Positions 34,989-44,500 of a stretch of DNA of 50,470 nt are shown here, one piece after another (the first letter of the stretch is position 1; every line of letters starts with the position of its first letter). The position numbers were made by a program, and so were the translations under genes. The notes under the pieces were generated by a model that was not told the origin of the DNA, made no database searches, and worked only from the letters and a program-made list of their open reading frames with translations. The stretch is from a virus (lineage: Duplodnaviria > Caudoviricetes), in the IMG/VR virus record IMGVR_UViG_3300020123_000124, positions 1 to 50,470 of that record. One strand, 5' to 3'.

Positions 34989-35393
34989 ATGCCAGTTACC
35001 GTTGGGCAGATTACCAGCAATATCGGGAAAGCGACCTTTACCGTCACGATCACGGAAGAAGACGAGAACGGCTCTCTGCACACGTACCAGGAGAAAGTCA
35101 ACCTGACCTACTACCCGGGGCGTGTCACCGAGCGCACCATCGCACTCGCAAATTCGTTTCAGGTGGGTAGTGAAGTTGCCGAGGTCATCGCAGGATTTCA
35201 CGCCTTCAACGCTGAGTTGGTGCGGCTTATCAAATGGTGGGATGTCCTGGAAAATGATGGCGTCACCATGTTCCCGATAGATATTACCCGCCTTGAAGAA
35301 CTCTCGATTGATTTTCGCGGGCAGTTGCTGGTGGCGATTATGGAGGAGATAAGCCCGGAAGCGATAGCGCCTCAGATGAACGGCGCGCACTGA
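34989..35393 (+). CDS. Tail assembly chaperone G
   Basis: SD AGGAG; between tail tube and tape measure. Confidence 0.8.
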   Translation: MPVTVGQITSNIGKATFTVTITEEDENGSLHTYQEKVNLTYYPGRVTERTIALANSFQVGSEVAEVIAGFHAFNAELVRLIKWWDVLENDGVTMFPIDITRLEELSIDFRGQLLVAIMEEISPEAIAPQMNGAH

Positions 35394-35581
35394 GGCGATG
35401 GTTAGCGACCGAGGGTAAGTTCGGAGAGCCGCCAGAGGACTACGTGCTCTTTAAGGCAGCGGAATACATGCGTATCCCAACGCCGCAAATTGTGGATGTG
35501 CCGCTCTGGTGGATCCACAAGGCCATCAATTATATGTCAGCAGAGGCCGAAGCACAACAGATTTTAGCAGACAGGAAATAG
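35354..35581 (+). CDS. Tail assembly chaperone T domain (-1 frame of G)
   Basis: Open -1 frame LRRWLATEGKFGEPPEDY..VPLWW..ADRK*; candidate shift site C CCG GAA 35354-35360. Confidence 0.7.
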   Translation, partial: PGSDSASDERRALRRWLATEGKFGEPPEDYVLFKAAEYMRIPTPQIVDVPLWWIHKAINYMSAEAEAQQILADRK

Positions 35582-35594
35582 CCACATATGGCAA

Positions 35595-36644
35595 TCAGGC
35601 AAGGAAAGCATGCGGAAGTTTTGTTCCTTTGCGGCTATTGCATGAACGGCAAGCGACACGCAGATTATCGGCGGTATGTGAGCCGCCATGGAAAAGAGGG
35701 ATAACATGATCGAGTGTGACGTTTTGAGGCGTGCAGATCAGCCCACAGAGGTAGCACGTCCATTTGTCGCGCTCAATGATAGCCATGCGGTCAATCTTCT
35801 CAATTCTAGATGCATTCAATTGACGAGCGCGGCGTCGATTCTGCGTATCAGTGTGCTTTTCAGGAAATGTTTGCCTCCAAAGGCGTCCATACGCACGCAA
35901 ATGATTCTTGTTTACCATTCCATATTCTTGACGCCACTCACGTCGTTTCTCATATTCCAGACGGCGAAACTCAGGCGTCTCTTTGCTATGGCGAATGCGA
36001 TCATAAGCATGCCGTTCTTTGCGATGAGTCTCATTGTACTCACGATAATACCTTGTGCGATGCTCTTTATTAGCAGCTTCCCAACGATAATACCTTGCGT
36101 GATGCTCTTCAGGATGCTTATACGTCCATTTACGCGATATAGCACGGTAGTGCTCTGGATTGTTGTCATAGAGAAGCTTTTTAAGTGTCTTATCACATTC
36201 TTTGCATTTACCATGTCGCCTTTTCCCACGTTTGCTGTTTGTATAGAACTCGCTCACCGGCTTTTCGACATGGCAGTACGTACACCGCTTGACCATGACT
36301 CCCGCTGCATTCTCAAAAGCACGGTAGAAGCGCCCCGTAGGGTCATTTCGGTACTGCTCACGTCGCTTCTCATGGTCAAGAGCTACTTCACAAACCTTAC
36401 ATCGACTATGAAAGTAACCAGGGTTAGCAGGGCTAAACTCACTAATAGATTTGACTTCCTGGCATCGTTTGCACTGCTTTGTTTGGATTTTGGGTTGTGG
36501 TGGGTTAAGCTTGCGCTTTGCCATCCACTCCTTGTCCGATTTGGTTTTACATTCTCGACACTCAGCACGCCTGCGGCCTCTGCTAGGTTGCATTGCAAAA
36601 GCCTCTTCAGGCTTCTCGATACCACACTTGGTACATCGCTTCAT
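35595..36644 (-). CDS. HNH endonuclease with three N-terminal CxxC zinc-finger repeats
   Basis: SD GGAGG before MKRCTKC; RD...CYLCG..LDHVIPL..GG.H...NL...C..CN..KG. Confidence 0.9.
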   Translation of the reverse strand: MKRCTKCGIEKPEEAFAMQPSRGRRRAECRECKTKSDKEWMAKRKLNPPQPKIQTKQCKRCQEVKSISEFSPANPGYFHSRCKVCEVALDHEKRREQYRNDPTGRFYRAFENAAGVMVKRCTYCHVEKPVSEFYTNSKRGKRRHGKCKECDKTLKKLLYDNNPEHYRAISRKWTYKHPEEHHARYYRWEAANKEHRTRYYREYNETHRKERHAYDRIRHSKETPEFRRLEYEKRREWRQEYGMVNKNHLRAYGRLWRQTFPEKHTDTQNRRRARQLNASRIEKIDRMAIIERDKWTCYLCGLICTPQNVTLDHVIPLFHGGSHTADNLRVACRSCNSRKGTKLPHAFLA

Positions 36645-36671
36645 GATCGCCTCCAATGTTTTGTAGCTAAC

Positions 36672-36700
36672 ATTATAGTACAAGGAGCAGGAGGTGTCAA
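36672..36700 (-). promoter_or_regulatory. Consensus sigma70 promoter of the HNH gene
   Basis: TTGACA(36700-36695)-17 nt-TATAAT(36677-36672). Confidence 0.85.
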
Positions 36701-39244
36701 ATTCCTATCGTAGCAAGCCAACTCGTCGCACAAGTCTCAGTTCAAGGTGCTCAGGCCGCGCAGGGCCAGTTGTTAGGCGTGGGCCAGGCGGCTGATGCAG
36801 CGGAGGCGCGTTTCCGTTCGCTGGCCGTGATCGGTTCGGGGCTGCTGGTGGCAGCCCTGATTGCCGTGGGAGTCATCTCGACCAAAATGGCGGCCGACTT
36901 CCAGCAAGGGGTCAATCGCCTCAAGACCGGCGCCGGTGATGCGACTGATAGCTTCTCAACCCTCGCCGGTGGTATCCTCAAGGTATCGGTAGCAACTGGC
37001 CTGATGTCAGGGCCGCTCACCAAGGCCATGTATGAAATCCTCTCAAGTGGGCAGCGCGGTGCACAAGCCTTTGATACGCTCTCCGCAGCCGCCAAGGGCG
37101 CCGTAATCGAACAAGCCAATGTGGTCGACGTGTCCGATACCTTAGCCGGTGCCATGACCAATTTCGGCACGAAGACCTTTGGCGCGGTGGCCTACATGAA
37201 CGGCCTGATCACGGCAGTCTCAAGAGGGCGCATCACTTTGCAAGACCTCTCAACGGCGATGGGGCCAATCGAGCCAGTGGCGCACGCCATGGGCATCTCC
37301 TTTGCCGACCTCTCTGCTGCCATGAGCACTCAAACCAATGCCGCCATACCGGCGGCCAGGGCTGCGACGGGGCTGCGCTTCATGATGCAAGCCCTGGAAG
37401 TTCCGACGACCAAGGCCAGCAAAGCCATGCAAAAGTGGGGACTCGATACCGTGGCGGTGGCCGATGAGATGAAGGTCAGTCTACCTGGCGCTCTGCAAAT
37501 GATCTATGACGCCGCCAAGAAAGCAGGGCCAGAGGGTTCGGTGCCTTTCGATCGGGCAGTGTCCGATATGGTTGGCGGTCAGCGCAGCCTCGGCGCCTTT
37601 TTGGCACTCACCGGCAGCCACATGAAAGATTTCGCGGCCAATTCTGCGGCCATAGCAGCCTCCATGAGAACCGGCGCAGGTGAGGTAGCAGGGTGGGCTT
37701 TAGCGCAGACGAACTTTAATGTGATCATGGACCGGGCGAAGGCGGCGATTGCGTCGGCGGCTATTGGCCTGGGCCTGCTGCTCCTGCCTGCTCTGGGGCG
37801 TATCGTGGGCATCATTCCGCAAGTCGTGGACTACGTCACCAACTTCTCAGCACATGCCAATGTGCTCGTCCCCATCCTGGCGGGCGTGGCTGCCATCATT
37901 GCGGGCTTCCTGGTTCCGGCAGTCATCGCACTCGCGGCGGGTGTGATTGCCGCCACCTGGCCGGTGCTCGCCATCGGCGCGGCGGTGGCGGGCCTGGTCG
38001 CCATCTTCATGCACTGGTATTCGACGAATGCAGGCTTCAAGGCGTTCATCGACACTCTGGTGAACGGGTTCAGAACGCTGTGGTCGCTCATCCAAGCCAA
38101 TTTCATGCCCACGATGCAGAGGTTAGGGGCTTTCTTCCAATCGACGATCTTACCCGTCTTGCAGCAGGTCGGGAGTTTTATTATCGGCACCTTCAAGCCA
38201 GCCTGGGATCAGCTTGTCACCACCTGGAAACAAAATCTGTTGCCTGGGCTTCAAATGCTGTGGGGCTTGTTCCAACAACTCCTGCCTGTCCTGAAAGTGG
38301 TGGGGATTGTGCTGCTGGCCAGTGTGGTTCTCCCGATGGCGGCGGTGATTGCCATTGTGGTTGTCGCAGGGGTGGCTATCATGAAATTCGTCGCACTGCT
38401 CATCCAGGGTTGGGGCTTGCTGGTCTCGTTTGCGGGCGCCGCTTTCTCGGCTATCGGGACGACCATCACGAATTTCAAGAATCTGGTCGGCAACACCTTC
38501 AATGCCATCGGGACGTTCATCCATGACAAAATTCTCTGGATTTACAACCATAATGTCTATGTCAAGGCGTTCGTCGATCTGATCGTCAACGAGTTCCACC
38601 TGCTGCAAAATATCGTTGGTACCGTCTTCGCGACCATCGCCGCGCTCATCGGGCAAAAACTGGCCCAGGCGCAGGCATTCGTCGCGACCTTTGTGAATGT
38701 ACTCGGTGGGCAATTCAGTCAACTTGGCTCATCCATCCAATCGAAAGTCAGCGCCATCGGCTCCTGGATTGCCAGTACCATCGGCGGGTGGGCCAATGCC
38801 GCCTACCAATGGGGCGCGAACCTCATCGGGAGCTTTATCAACGGCATCTGGAGCATGATCGGGGGCGTGATCTCGGCTGCCCAAAATGTCATGGGACAGG
38901 TGGCCAATATTCTTGGCTTCCACTCGCCCGCCAAAGAAGGGCCAGGTAAGGATGCTGACACCTGGGCGCCCAACCTCATGAAGATGTACACGCAGGGGCT
39001 CGTCGCCGCCCTTCCGAACATGCAAGCCGCGCTTAATACCTTGATGATACCGGTCGGGAATATGCTCTCCGGGCAGAGTCCAACACTGTCGGCACCGATG
39101 AGAGCACCGGCACCTGGCGCGAGTTCGCAGGCCTCGTCCTCACCGATCAATGTCAATGTCTACCTTGCAGGCGCTCCTGTGGCGAAGGCACTCATGCCGC
39201 ATATCGCCCAACAAATCCGCACGGCGACAGGAGCGAAGTTCTGA
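36701..39244 (+). CDS. Tape measure protein (TP901 family), proposed ATT start, 847 aa
   Basis: Ala-rich helical protein with aromatic periodicity; AGGAGGTG SD 4 nt before ATT; ORF track starts at TTG 36770, which has no SD. Confidence 0.9.
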   Translation: MPIVASQLVAQVSVQGAQAAQGQLLGVGQAADAAEARFRSLAVIGSGLLVAALIAVGVISTKMAADFQQGVNRLKTGAGDATDSFSTLAGGILKVSVATGLMSGPLTKAMYEILSSGQRGAQAFDTLSAAAKGAVIEQANVVDVSDTLAGAMTNFGTKTFGAVAYMNGLITAVSRGRITLQDLSTAMGPIEPVAHAMGISFADLSAAMSTQTNAAIPAARAATGLRFMMQALEVPTTKASKAMQKWGLDTVAVADEMKVSLPGALQMIYDAAKKAGPEGSVPFDRAVSDMVGGQRSLGAFLALTGSHMKDFAANSAAIAASMRTGAGEVAGWALAQTNFNVIMDRAKAAIASAAIGLGLLLLPALGRIVGIIPQVVDYVTNFSAHANVLVPILAGVAAIIAGFLVPAVIALAAGVIAATWPVLAIGAAVAGLVAIFMHWYSTNAGFKAFIDTLVNGFRTLWSLIQANFMPTMQRLGAFFQSTILPVLQQVGSFIIGTFKPAWDQLVTTWKQNLLPGLQMLWGLFQQLLPVLKVVGIVLLASVVLPMAAVIAIVVVAGVAIMKFVALLIQGWGLLVSFAGAAFSAIGTTITNFKNLVGNTFNAIGTFIHDKILWIYNHNVYVKAFVDLIVNEFHLLQNIVGTVFATIAALIGQKLAQAQAFVATFVNVLGGQFSQLGSSIQSKVSAIGSWIASTIGGWANAAYQWGANLIGSFINGIWSMIGGVISAAQNVMGQVANILGFHSPAKEGPGKDADTWAPNLMKMYTQGLVAALPNMQAALNTLMIPVGNMLSGQSPTLSAPMRAPAPGASSQASSSPINVNVYLAGAPVAKALMPHIAQQIRTATGAKF

Positions 39245-41559
39245 TGAGCTATCAATCGACGGTGCTTGCAGACAATCCTATACGGTACTACCGCCTCGGC
39301 GAGTCCTCAGGAACAGTGGTCAATGACCTGGGCAGCCAGGCGCAGAACGGGACGCGCGTCGGCAGTGGCATTACCCTTGCGCAAACAGGACTTGTGAGTA
39401 GTGATACCGATACCTCCTATGCATGGAACGGGACAGCCGATAGTTACCTCACCTGCCCCAATGCGAGCATCACGACAGGCTCATTTACGCTAGAAGCATG
39501 GGTGTACCTGGCAGGGGCCGGAACGGTCGGGTCGGGAACCTATGCGGAGATTTTCGGCATAGGGTCGGGTGGCACGGCGCGCCTCCTTTTTGCGACAGCC
39601 GCCGGAACGCTGTTGACTCAGCAGGGTGGGAACTATGTTTCTACCACCGTCTTATCGTTGAATGCCAGACATCACATCGTCCTGGTCTGGGATGGCACAC
39701 ACGAAAGTTACTGGATAGATGGGATTCAGGACTCCACCTTTACGCCGTCGGGCGCACCAACGTGGAGCGGTGCCTTTCAGATTGGATCGGACATCGGCAA
39801 CTACTGCTGGAATGGACGCATCGACGAAGTAGCCATCTACAATACCGCGCTCACCCAGGCCAAAATTAGCAAGCATTATAACGTCGGGAGTGGACGAACG
39901 TCGGCAGGCGGGCAGGTCTTTCCTCTCAATAATATCTGGAATAGACGCATCGACAATTTGCCAATCCATGCCAGTTCCGCTACCTGGATCAGTAATAGCG
40001 GCACAGCGCTGCAAGCGAATTTCAATGCACTCGGGGGTATTCCCGTGAACACCTCGACCAGTACTGACGCGCTGGTATCAGTGACGTTTACGACCTTCCC
40101 GGCGGAAAGCGATCCAGGGCCGTATCGTATCCCGCTTAATGCCGCGATTGAAGCAGCGGGTGACGCGCATTGCCTGTGTTACGACACCTCGAATAACATC
40201 CTGTATGAGTTGTACGGGGCATCTGCCGGTGGAAGTAGTTGGACGGCCTCCAATGGGGCAAAATGGGATTTATCCTCCAATGCGCTGCGTACCGAAGGAT
40301 GGACGAGCGCCGACGCTGCCGGCCTGCCGGTTGCGCCCGGCCTTGTGCAGTATGACGAAATCTACACGGCTGGCGTCATCAACCACGCGATCCGCATTGT
40401 GCTACCCGGAACCGTGGGGCATATCTGGCCTTCTACGCACACAGCAGGGCCGCAACCGGCAAACTCCCCTCCGCTAGGGGCGCGTCTTCGCCTCAAGGCG
40501 AGCTATAACATCAGCGGCTTTAGCGCAGGTGAACAGGTACTTTACCGATGCCTACAGCAATACGGGGCGTTTGTGGCCGATAACAGCGCAGGGACGACGG
40601 CGGTCGTGCAGGGTGCCACCGATGGACGCTGGGTCGGCACGCCGTTTAATGGCGGCTTGTCTGGTATGCCTGCGCTCTCCAACTTCGAGTATGTTGATGA
40701 ATCTGCTGTGATGCTCTCCAGCACGAGTGCCGCAGTCATCGCGCTTCTCCAATCAGCAACGGGCAGCGTCGGCGGTTCCAATGCCAACAGCGTCACCGTC
40801 ACCACCGCCGCGACCGGCAGCGGGAACCTGCTCGTCGCCTTTGTCATGGTGCAAGGAAGTGCCGTCACCATCACGCCGCCCGCCAACTGGACGCAGGTTG
40901 GCGCAACGCAAGGCATAAGCGGCGGTACTGGCTCCGTTGCCATGTTCGAGCGACAAAACAGCGCGTCGGGCGTGACCTCTCATATTTTCTCTTTTAGCGC
41001 ATCCTGCAACGCGGCGGTGGCCTTTGAAGAGTGGAGCGGCGTGGCGACCTCAAATGCGCTCGATCAGCAAGTCGCAAAGCAGAACGCGAAAAGCGCCACA
41101 TCGGCCACAGGCACAACAGCGGCGCTTGCCGGATCGGGCGAACTGGCTATCTGGGGCTTAGGCGTCCCTGCGACGGGCGTCCTGACCTATAGCGGCATCA
41201 CGAACAGCTATGTAGAGGATACGAGCGCGAACGCCACTTCTTCAGAGACGACGAGAGCGCAGGCCACGCTGTTCTACAATGCCAGCGTGGGCAGTGCCGC
41301 CACCAGTTCAGGGGCCACGATGTCAGGCACCGGCGGCGCTGGCAACACGACCATCCTCGGCGTGTTCAGGGCTGCTGGGGCCGGTACCTCACTCTCAGGC
41401 ACACTTGCCGGTGTCGGCCAGCTTTCCGCGACACTGACCACACCTGGCGCGCACCTCTCAGGTGAGTGTGACGGGGTCGGCACGCTTACAGCCTCGCTCT
41501 CTCTTCCCATGAAGCCGCCCGGCACCTATACCATCGTGATTGGAGGGCTGATTCTCTAA
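39244..41559 (+). CDS. Tail-tip protein: LamG/ConA-like domain, conserved unknown domain, beta-sandwich, GVGxL repeats
   Basis: YYRLGE..FTLEAWV..HHIVLVWDG..G.IDEVAIY; ESDPGPY.IP..GWTSADAAGLP. Confidence 0.8.
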   Translation: MSYQSTVLADNPIRYYRLGESSGTVVNDLGSQAQNGTRVGSGITLAQTGLVSSDTDTSYAWNGTADSYLTCPNASITTGSFTLEAWVYLAGAGTVGSGTYAEIFGIGSGGTARLLFATAAGTLLTQQGGNYVSTTVLSLNARHHIVLVWDGTHESYWIDGIQDSTFTPSGAPTWSGAFQIGSDIGNYCWNGRIDEVAIYNTALTQAKISKHYNVGSGRTSAGGQVFPLNNIWNRRIDNLPIHASSATWISNSGTALQANFNALGGIPVNTSTSTDALVSVTFTTFPAESDPGPYRIPLNAAIEAAGDAHCLCYDTSNNILYELYGASAGGSSWTASNGAKWDLSSNALRTEGWTSADAAGLPVAPGLVQYDEIYTAGVINHAIRIVLPGTVGHIWPSTHTAGPQPANSPPLGARLRLKASYNISGFSAGEQVLYRCLQQYGAFVADNSAGTTAVVQGATDGRWVGTPFNGGLSGMPALSNFEYVDESAVMLSSTSAAVIALLQSATGSVGGSNANSVTVTTAATGSGNLLVAFVMVQGSAVTITPPANWTQVGATQGISGGTGSVAMFERQNSASGVTSHIFSFSASCNAAVAFEEWSGVATSNALDQQVAKQNAKSATSATGTTAALAGSGELAIWGLGVPATGVLTYSGITNSYVEDTSANATSSETTRAQATLFYNASVGSAATSSGATMSGTGGAGNTTILGVFRAAGAGTSLSGTLAGVGQLSATLTTPGAHLSGECDGVGTLTASLSLPMKPPGTYTIVIGGLIL

Positions 41560-44500
41560 TGGCATTACGTTCAAATCCCTACGGCGTCACCACGGCGCTG
41601 CGTACCGCGAAAAAGAAAATTGACCCGCAGTTGATCACGGATTTCGTGACCCTGGGCCTGGGGTGGGTACGCATCATGATCTTGTGGACAAGCATCGAAC
41701 TCAGCCCTGGCGTCTATGACCCAGGCGCGCTTGATGTGCTCGACGATGCCGTCAATCGCTGCACCAATGCGGGCCTGCATGTGCAATTCCCCATCCAGCA
41801 GGCACCCGCCTGGCACCTGGTCGCCGCCGACTGCGACCCGTCGAGCAATACCCATCATATGATGGACCCAACGGCGGCGGCGACCTTTGCCTCCTTCCTG
41901 TCAAACCGCTATAACGGCGTGACGAACATACCTGGGTACGGGCCGCTCACCATCGACGCCTTCGAGGTCGGCAACGAGGAGTTTGATGTCTATTTCTGCC
42001 AGGGGCAACCTGTGACCGTCGCGGGTCAGACGTGCCGCACACCCAACTGGTTCATCCCCGTCTTGAAAGCCGTCTCGCCCGTTATACGCGCCAACGCGCC
42101 CAATGCGCTCGTCGGTATGTGTGCCTTGTGGTGGCAGTACAGCCCACACCGCACAAGTTTCATGCAAGCCCTGTATGACAATGGCTGCAAAAATTTGTTC
42201 GATTATGCCAACGCGCATATGTACACCAGCCCGGTTGCGCCCGGCACGAACACCAGTTCTACCCAACTCTCGATGACGGGGCAGATCAACGAAATCTATA
42301 ACGTGATGGCCGCCAATGGGGATGGCAACAAGAACATCTGGATCACGGAATGGGGCGTGCCTGTCCCGACCGATATGAGCGACGCGGCGCGCGTGACCTA
42401 CTACAATGCGGCCTTCGATATCATGCGCACATCAGGTCACGTCGGGGTCACGGATTTCTACACCATGAACTACACTGACCCGTTAGTGAATGCCGCCACG
42501 CAGACCTTCTCGCTCACGCAATTCAACGCCCCGCACTATACGGCCACGTTTACCGGCGTGCAGAACTACATCGCGGCCCACCCCACCTGGCCATCGGGTG
42601 GCGGCGGCGGCGGCGGTGGTGGCGGTGGGAGTGTCGTCGTGCCGCACGTCTGCGTCGTGGCGCTTGAAAACCACTCATACAATGACTCGACCGCCAAATA
42701 CGTGCTCGGTAATCCCAACTTCCCGCATGTGAACGCGCTCGCCACCGCCAACGGCTATGCCACGCATTTCGATGGGCTGACGCATCCTTCCCTGGGCAAC
42801 TATATCGGCTTCGCCTGTGGTGACACGCATGGCATCGTCACCGATACGGTCAACCCGGCAACCAACCCGATTGCCGGGAATACTCTGGTTGATAGCCTGG
42901 CGGCGGCGAATATCGCCTGGAAACACTATGCCGAAAATCTGCCCTCAACCGGCTACTTGGGCGGTGACTCGGGCGGCTATGTGCAGCACCATAACCCGTG
43001 GGTCTACTTCACGAGCGTACGCGGGAGTTCTGCGCAAAATGGCAATATCGTCAATTATAGCGATGCATCGGTAGGGCTGGCACACGACCTGAACAACGGC
43101 GTCGCGCCACCGTTCTTCTTTGTGCAGCCCAACAATACCAATAACGGGCATTCAGGAACGGATACGCAGTGCGACAACTGGGTCAATACGTTTGTCACCC
43201 TCGTACAGGCCTCGAGCTGGTACACGCTCAATAACGGGCAGATCGTCTTGTGGTGGGACGAAAGCAACCCCGATACCGATACGGCTGGCATCGGCGATGC
43301 GACACCAGGCGGCGGGCATTGCATGTTCATCGTGATCAACGCGCAAAACAGCGGCGCCACCTACACGACGAACGTCAATACGTATGGCTTTCTCAAGGCG
43401 CTGGAAGAGTTGTACAGTCTGCCACAACTAGGCAATAGCGCGCATACCACCAACGGCGACCCCTCCGCGCTGTTCGAGGCGGCGCCGGCCTCCGCGATTG
43501 CGGCCAGTCAGACCGCGCTCTCGTATGCCGGGGTCGCGGGAGACGCAGCGCCGACCGCGCAAACGGACACGATCAGCAATAGCGGCGGGAGCGCAGCCGC
43601 CTATACCACCGCTTCCTCACAAAGCTGGCTGACCGTGTCGCCCACGTCCGGCACCATTGCCGCCAATAGCAGCATCATCTCAACCATCAGCGCATCGCCC
43701 ACGAGCCTGTCGGCCGGCACCTATAGCGGCACGATCACGTATACGGGGCCTGCTAACGCGGTCGTCGTCACCGTAACCTTCACCGTCTCCGCGACGGCGT
43801 CGAACCTCCAAATCACCGCCTCGCCGCTCGCGCTCGTCTTCAGTGACGTCATCGGCGGGTCTGACCCAGCGACGCAAAGCCTGACTCTCATCAATGTCAA
43901 TAGTAGTGATGCAAGTTACAGCATCACCAGTTCGGCCTCCTGGCTGTCCGTCTCCCCAGGCGTCGGGGTCGTACCGGCGGGTGGCACCACGCCCCTCACC
44001 GTCAGCGTCACAAGTGGGGGCTTATCAACAGGCTTCTATAGCGGCGTGCTCACCTATGTCACATCAGGCGGTACTGGCGTGGTCGGCGCCTCGTTCGCAG
44101 TCACGACGGATGCAAGCCATTTAGCTATCGCAGGCACCTTGCAGATCAATAACACCATCGGCAAGCGTTCCACGGCCAGTTTTAGCGCGCTCACCGATAC
44201 GAGCCTGCATTTTCAGCAGTACCAGCAGGTGCAGATATACGACCCGAAGAACGTGCTGGTCTTTAGCGGCTATGTCTTCGATGCGCCGGCGCATCAGCCA
44301 GGCTTCCAGAATACCCTCGTTCACGAGATCACCTGCATTGACCAGCACTACCTGGCAGATAAGCGCATCGTGGCGCAACTCTACCGCAACAATACCTGCG
44401 GCTTCATCGTCAATGACATCATCTCAAATATCCTCTCACAAGAAGGCGTGACGGTGGGACTGGTGGCTCTTGGGGCCACCATACCGGTCGCCAACTTCGG

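Noticed and set aside
35597-36709. Group I intron or intein in the tape-measure gene
   Set aside because: The insert is almost fully occupied by an antisense ORF and its promoter, leaving no room for a ribozyme core; the sense frame has stops
35688-36713. 341-aa plus-strand ORF
   Set aside because: Antisense shadow of the HNH gene; no recognisable protein features
42596-42629. Phase-variable GGC microsatellite
   Set aside because: Mixed GGC/GGT codons encoding an in-frame poly-Gly linker between domains
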